In this document: one piece after another, positions 54,102 to 56,309 of the stretch
Position numbering within the stretch: the first letter of the stretch is position 1
Layout of the letters: each line of letters begins with the position of its first letter
NCBI GenBank assembly: GCA_028288965.1
Contig: JAQGHD010000013.1
Coordinates: 1 to 56,309 of the forward strand
Origin: Candidatus Saccharimonadota bacterium
GTDB taxonomy: Bacteria > Patescibacteriota > Saccharimonadia > Saccharimonadales > JAQGHD01
DNA length: 56,309 bases
Reading direction: 5' to 3'
The notes under the pieces: model-generated
What the model saw: the letters and a program-made list of their open reading frames with translations, nothing else
Databases searched by the model: none
What the model was told of the DNA's origin: nothing
Translations under genes and position numbers: made by a program

Positions 54102-55855
54102 TGAAAAAGCTTTTAAAACCAATTGGCCTTATGGCGCTTGTGATCGTAAGCACGTTTTTGCTGATGGCGGGCCGAGCTCGTCCCGCCCATGCCAATGTTA
54201 ATAATTTTGTAATCCAAAGTTTTCATGGTGACTACACCCTGAGTAATGATGATAAGCAGGGCCGTCTGCACGTTCAGGAACGTTTGTCTGTGGACTTCTC
54301 AGACTATAATCATGGTATTTTTCGGTCCATTCCCGAAACCTATAAAGGCCAAAACCTACACCCGCATGTGACATCGGTAACAGATATAGCTGGCCACCCA
54401 TGGAAATTTACCAGCTCAACCAGCAACAGTAACTTGGTGTTAAAAATTGGTGATCCGGCGCATGTGATTAGTGGATCGCAAACCTACGTCATTACCTATG
54501 ATCTGCGCAATGTCATGTCTTTTTATAATGATCACGACGAGCTGTATTGGGATATTAATGGTGACGCCTGGCAGCAGCCATTCAATAACGTGACAGCTAC
54601 TTTTCAACTGCCAGAGGGCCTCGTGGCCCAGCCTGGCAAGCTGGCTTGTTATACCGGTAGCTTTGCCAGCACAACGCAAGATTGCAATGTTGCATTAAAT
54701 AGCCAGATACTTATTGTTAAGAACAATAAAAGCTTAGGACCCCAAGAAACCCTGACTGTTTTGGCTGGTTTTGATAAGGGTGTCTTTAAGCCAGCCACTC
54801 GTCTGGATTGGCTGCGCGAAAATCTAGAACCGGTATTGGGTATTGGTTTGCCGCCACTGCTGGTGGGTACCTGGGCCTTTAGTAGGTGGAGACGCTTGGG
54901 ACGAGATTTCAAAGGCCGCGGCACCATTATTGCCCAGTACGAGCCGCCGGATAAGCTTAGCCCGGCCCACGTCGGCGCGTTGATCGATTATAAGCTGGAT
55001 AATCGGGACATTTCGGCCACCATTATTGATCTGGCCGTCCGTAAGTACCTACGCATTATTGAAGAAAACAAGAAAATGATCTTCAAAGATCAAAAAATTT
55101 ATTCCTTCGAACTACTCAACAGCGATTACACGGCGCTTGAACCGCATGAGGTAAAAATTATGAAAGGCTTATTTGCGAGTAGCCAGCAGGGCGAAACAAC
55201 TAGCCTTACTAGTCTTAAAAATAGTTTTTATACCATCGTAGGCAAAGTCAAAGACGATGTTACGGCAGAACTTATAGCCGGTGATTATTTTCCCAGTGAT
55301 CCGGCCAAAGCGCCACGTACGTTATTGGTTGTAAGCTTTCTCTTAGTTTGTGCCGCCATCGCTATTCGGCGCTGGGTGAGCATTGGTTTAGTGCTCAGCG
55401 CCCTTATTTCTTCTGGCTTTGCCTTACTTATGCCTCGGCGTAGTGCCAAGGGCGTGGCTGCTAAAGAGCACATAGAGGGCTTAAAATTATATATGAATAC
55501 AGCGGAAAAAGATCGTATAAATATGCTGCAGAGTCCTACTGCCCCGTATGCCGAAAAATCAGCTGCGCCCAAAAAGTCAGTAGAACTTTTTGAAAAACTT
55601 TTACCATACGCCATTGTCTTACAGGTCGAAAAAGGCTGGGCCGAGCAATTTAAGGACATTTACAGCCGGGCTCCAGACTGGTACAGCGGCAACTGGAGCA
55701 CCTTCAATGCGATTTATTTGGCTAATAGCTTATCAAGTGGTGTCAGCGCAATGGGCACCAACTTTAGTGCTCCAGGCAGTGCCGGGGGTAGCGGTTTTAG
55801 TGGTGGTGGCTTCTCTGGCGGAGGTGGCGGTGGTGGTGGAGGCGGCGGCTGGTAA
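54101..55855 (+). CDS. DUF2207 domain membrane protein with poly-Gly C-terminus
   Basis: Signal peptide, extracellular DUF2207 N-domain, 3 TM spans, and C-terminal GGSGFSGGGFSGGGGGGGGGGGW. Confidence 0.8.
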   Translation: MKKLLKPIGLMALVIVSTFLLMAGRARPAHANVNNFVIQSFHGDYTLSNDDKQGRLHVQERLSVDFSDYNHGIFRSIPETYKGQNLHPHVTSVTDIAGHPWKFTSSTSNSNLVLKIGDPAHVISGSQTYVITYDLRNVMSFYNDHDELYWDINGDAWQQPFNNVTATFQLPEGLVAQPGKLACYTGSFASTTQDCNVALNSQILIVKNNKSLGPQETLTVLAGFDKGVFKPATRLDWLRENLEPVLGIGLPPLLVGTWAFSRWRRLGRDFKGRGTIIAQYEPPDKLSPAHVGALIDYKLDNRDISATIIDLAVRKYLRIIEENKKMIFKDQKIYSFELLNSDYTALEPHEVKIMKGLFASSQQGETTSLTSLKNSFYTIVGKVKDDVTAELIAGDYFPSDPAKAPRTLLVVSFLLVCAAIAIRRWVSIGLVLSALISSGFALLMPRRSAKGVAAKEHIEGLKLYMNTAEKDRINMLQSPTAPYAEKSAAPKKSVELFEKLLPYAIVLQVEKGWAEQFKDIYSRAPDWYSGNWSTFNAIYLANSLSSGVSAMGTNFSAPGSAGGSGFSGGGFSGGGGGGGGGGGW

Positions 55856-55880
55856 TTGCCGACTGGCTTTTTTGAACCTC

Positions 55881-55909
55881 TTGACAATGCTTCTGTAATA
55901 ATTTATGAT
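55881..55909 (+). promoter_or_regulatory. near-consensus sigma70 promoter TTGACA-17-TATGAT
   Basis: TTGACA is at 55881-55886, followed by a 17-nt spacer and TATGAT at 55904-55909. Confidence 0.65.
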
Positions 55910-55915
55910 AATCCA

Positions 55916-56237
55916 GCTTTTAGTGAGACTTTTAAGTCAAATCTAAGACGAACTTTAGTACAGCAGTATTTCAAGATAAACCAATTCGCTTCTGCAAAGG
56001 AAGTGGGCGCCGTAAGGTTGTCGCTGGCGAGAGCCGCTCCGATACGCCACGCTGGCACGACTACGCATGCGCCCGCTCGCGGCAGCCCTCGGTCCTGTAG
56101 GACAAACCCTAGCTGGGACGTTCACACGTCTCATGTCACGGACCGAGGGCGCCGCGCTCCAAACCAAGCAGAACAATTTCCCCAGTCCGGGTGTGTGATG
56201 ATGTTCACCCCTGCCTCACCGCCCGGACTGGGCTTTT
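55916..56237 (+). ncRNA. candidate structured ncRNA or cis-regulatory leader of unknown family
   Basis: Bracketed by the promoter above and a hairpin plus TTTT. The core (about 56000-56235) counts ~70% GC in line 56041 versus ~30% in line 55921. Stems: GGGCGC/GCGCCC, GCCGC/GCGGC, CCCTCGGTCC/GGACCGAGGG, GTCC/GGAC, GACG/CGTC. The overlapping 127-aa ORF is Arg/Pro/Ser-rich and looks non-coding. Confidence 0.5.
56181..56237 (+). terminator. intrinsic terminator-like hairpin
   Basis: CCCAGTCCGGG (56181-56191) pairs with CCCGGACTGGG (56222-56232), followed by C-TTTT. The reverse orientation lacks a U-tract. Confidence 0.55.
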
Positions 56238-56309
56238 AAGAAGAATTGGGGTTAGCAGCACCGCGGCAGCAGATTATGACACGACGCTTCATTGCGTTGT
56301 AGACAAATC

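Noticed and set aside
56086-56112. Minus-strand CTAGGGTTTGTCCTACAGGACCGAGGG resembles the 5' half of the ykkC/guanidine-I riboswitch (CUAGGGUUCCG..GGUCCGAGAG)
   Set aside because: The conserved 3' half (ACGG..AAAAGCCCGGGAGA) is absent. The orientation is opposite to the promoter and terminator, and no minus-strand gene follows. Probably coincidental.
56181-56232. AGTCCGGG / CCCGGAC segments reminiscent of the RNase P RNA P4 helix
   Set aside because: The two strands are perfectly complementary with no bulged U and only 30 nt apart. None of the other RNase P conserved regions are present.
55856-56239. 127-aa plus-strand ORF (and 73-aa minus-strand ORF 55955-56176) across the GC-rich terminal element
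   Set aside because: The amino-acid composition (runs of R, P, S, A, G) is typical of spurious ORFs in GC-rich non-coding DNA. The promoter lies inside the ORF, and there is no SD. Interpreted as RNA instead.
1-56309. CRISPR arrays, rRNA genes, transposases, integrases and reverse transcriptases
   Set aside because: No regularly spaced direct repeats and no ORFs with the corresponding catalytic motifs were seen in any frame.

Overview
56.3-kb chromosomal window from a moderately low-GC bacterium. Hand counts of single 60-nt lines give about 40-50% G+C. The gene content looks like a small-genome, Gram-positive-type or candidate-phyla-radiation-like organism, but the taxon cannot be proven from this window. 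Most of it is ordinary backbone: DrrAB-like ABC exporter, two orphan histidine kinases, a Crp/Fnr regulator, cyoABCD plus cyoE (bo3-type quinol oxidase), NDH-2, mgtE, rarA, mpg, zur-znuACB-like, rmuC, yajQ, pheST, a DUF2207 protein, and several VOC, cupin and PAP2 genes. Findings worth a second look, in window order: (1) a high-GC tail-fibre-like plus GH5-like glycosidase cassette at the left edge; (2) two perfect GTGAT-N4-ATCAC palindromes between the Crp/Fnr gene and a large ice-binding-like/repeat surface protein gene; (3) a small decayed islet downstream of tRNA-Gln, bounded by a displaced tRNA-Gln-like 3' fragment, carrying a CHAP hydrolase and a very AT-rich 313-aa gene with an R-x6-H (HEPN/Abi_C-like) motif; (4) an ApbE flavinylation cluster with a membrane RnfD-like/FNR-like fusion; (5) an uncharacterised Cys-pair, His-rich cupredoxin-like domain present three times: fused to CyoD, as a stand-alone anchored protein next to cyoE, and as a decayed remnant beside the ApbE cluster; (6) a 400-codon secreted HExxH gene split by one in-frame TAA; (7) a promoter-to-terminator, ~70% GC, highly structured ~320-nt candidate ncRNA or leader at the right edge that I could not assign to any known family. 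No CRISPR array, rRNA, transposase or integrase was seen.
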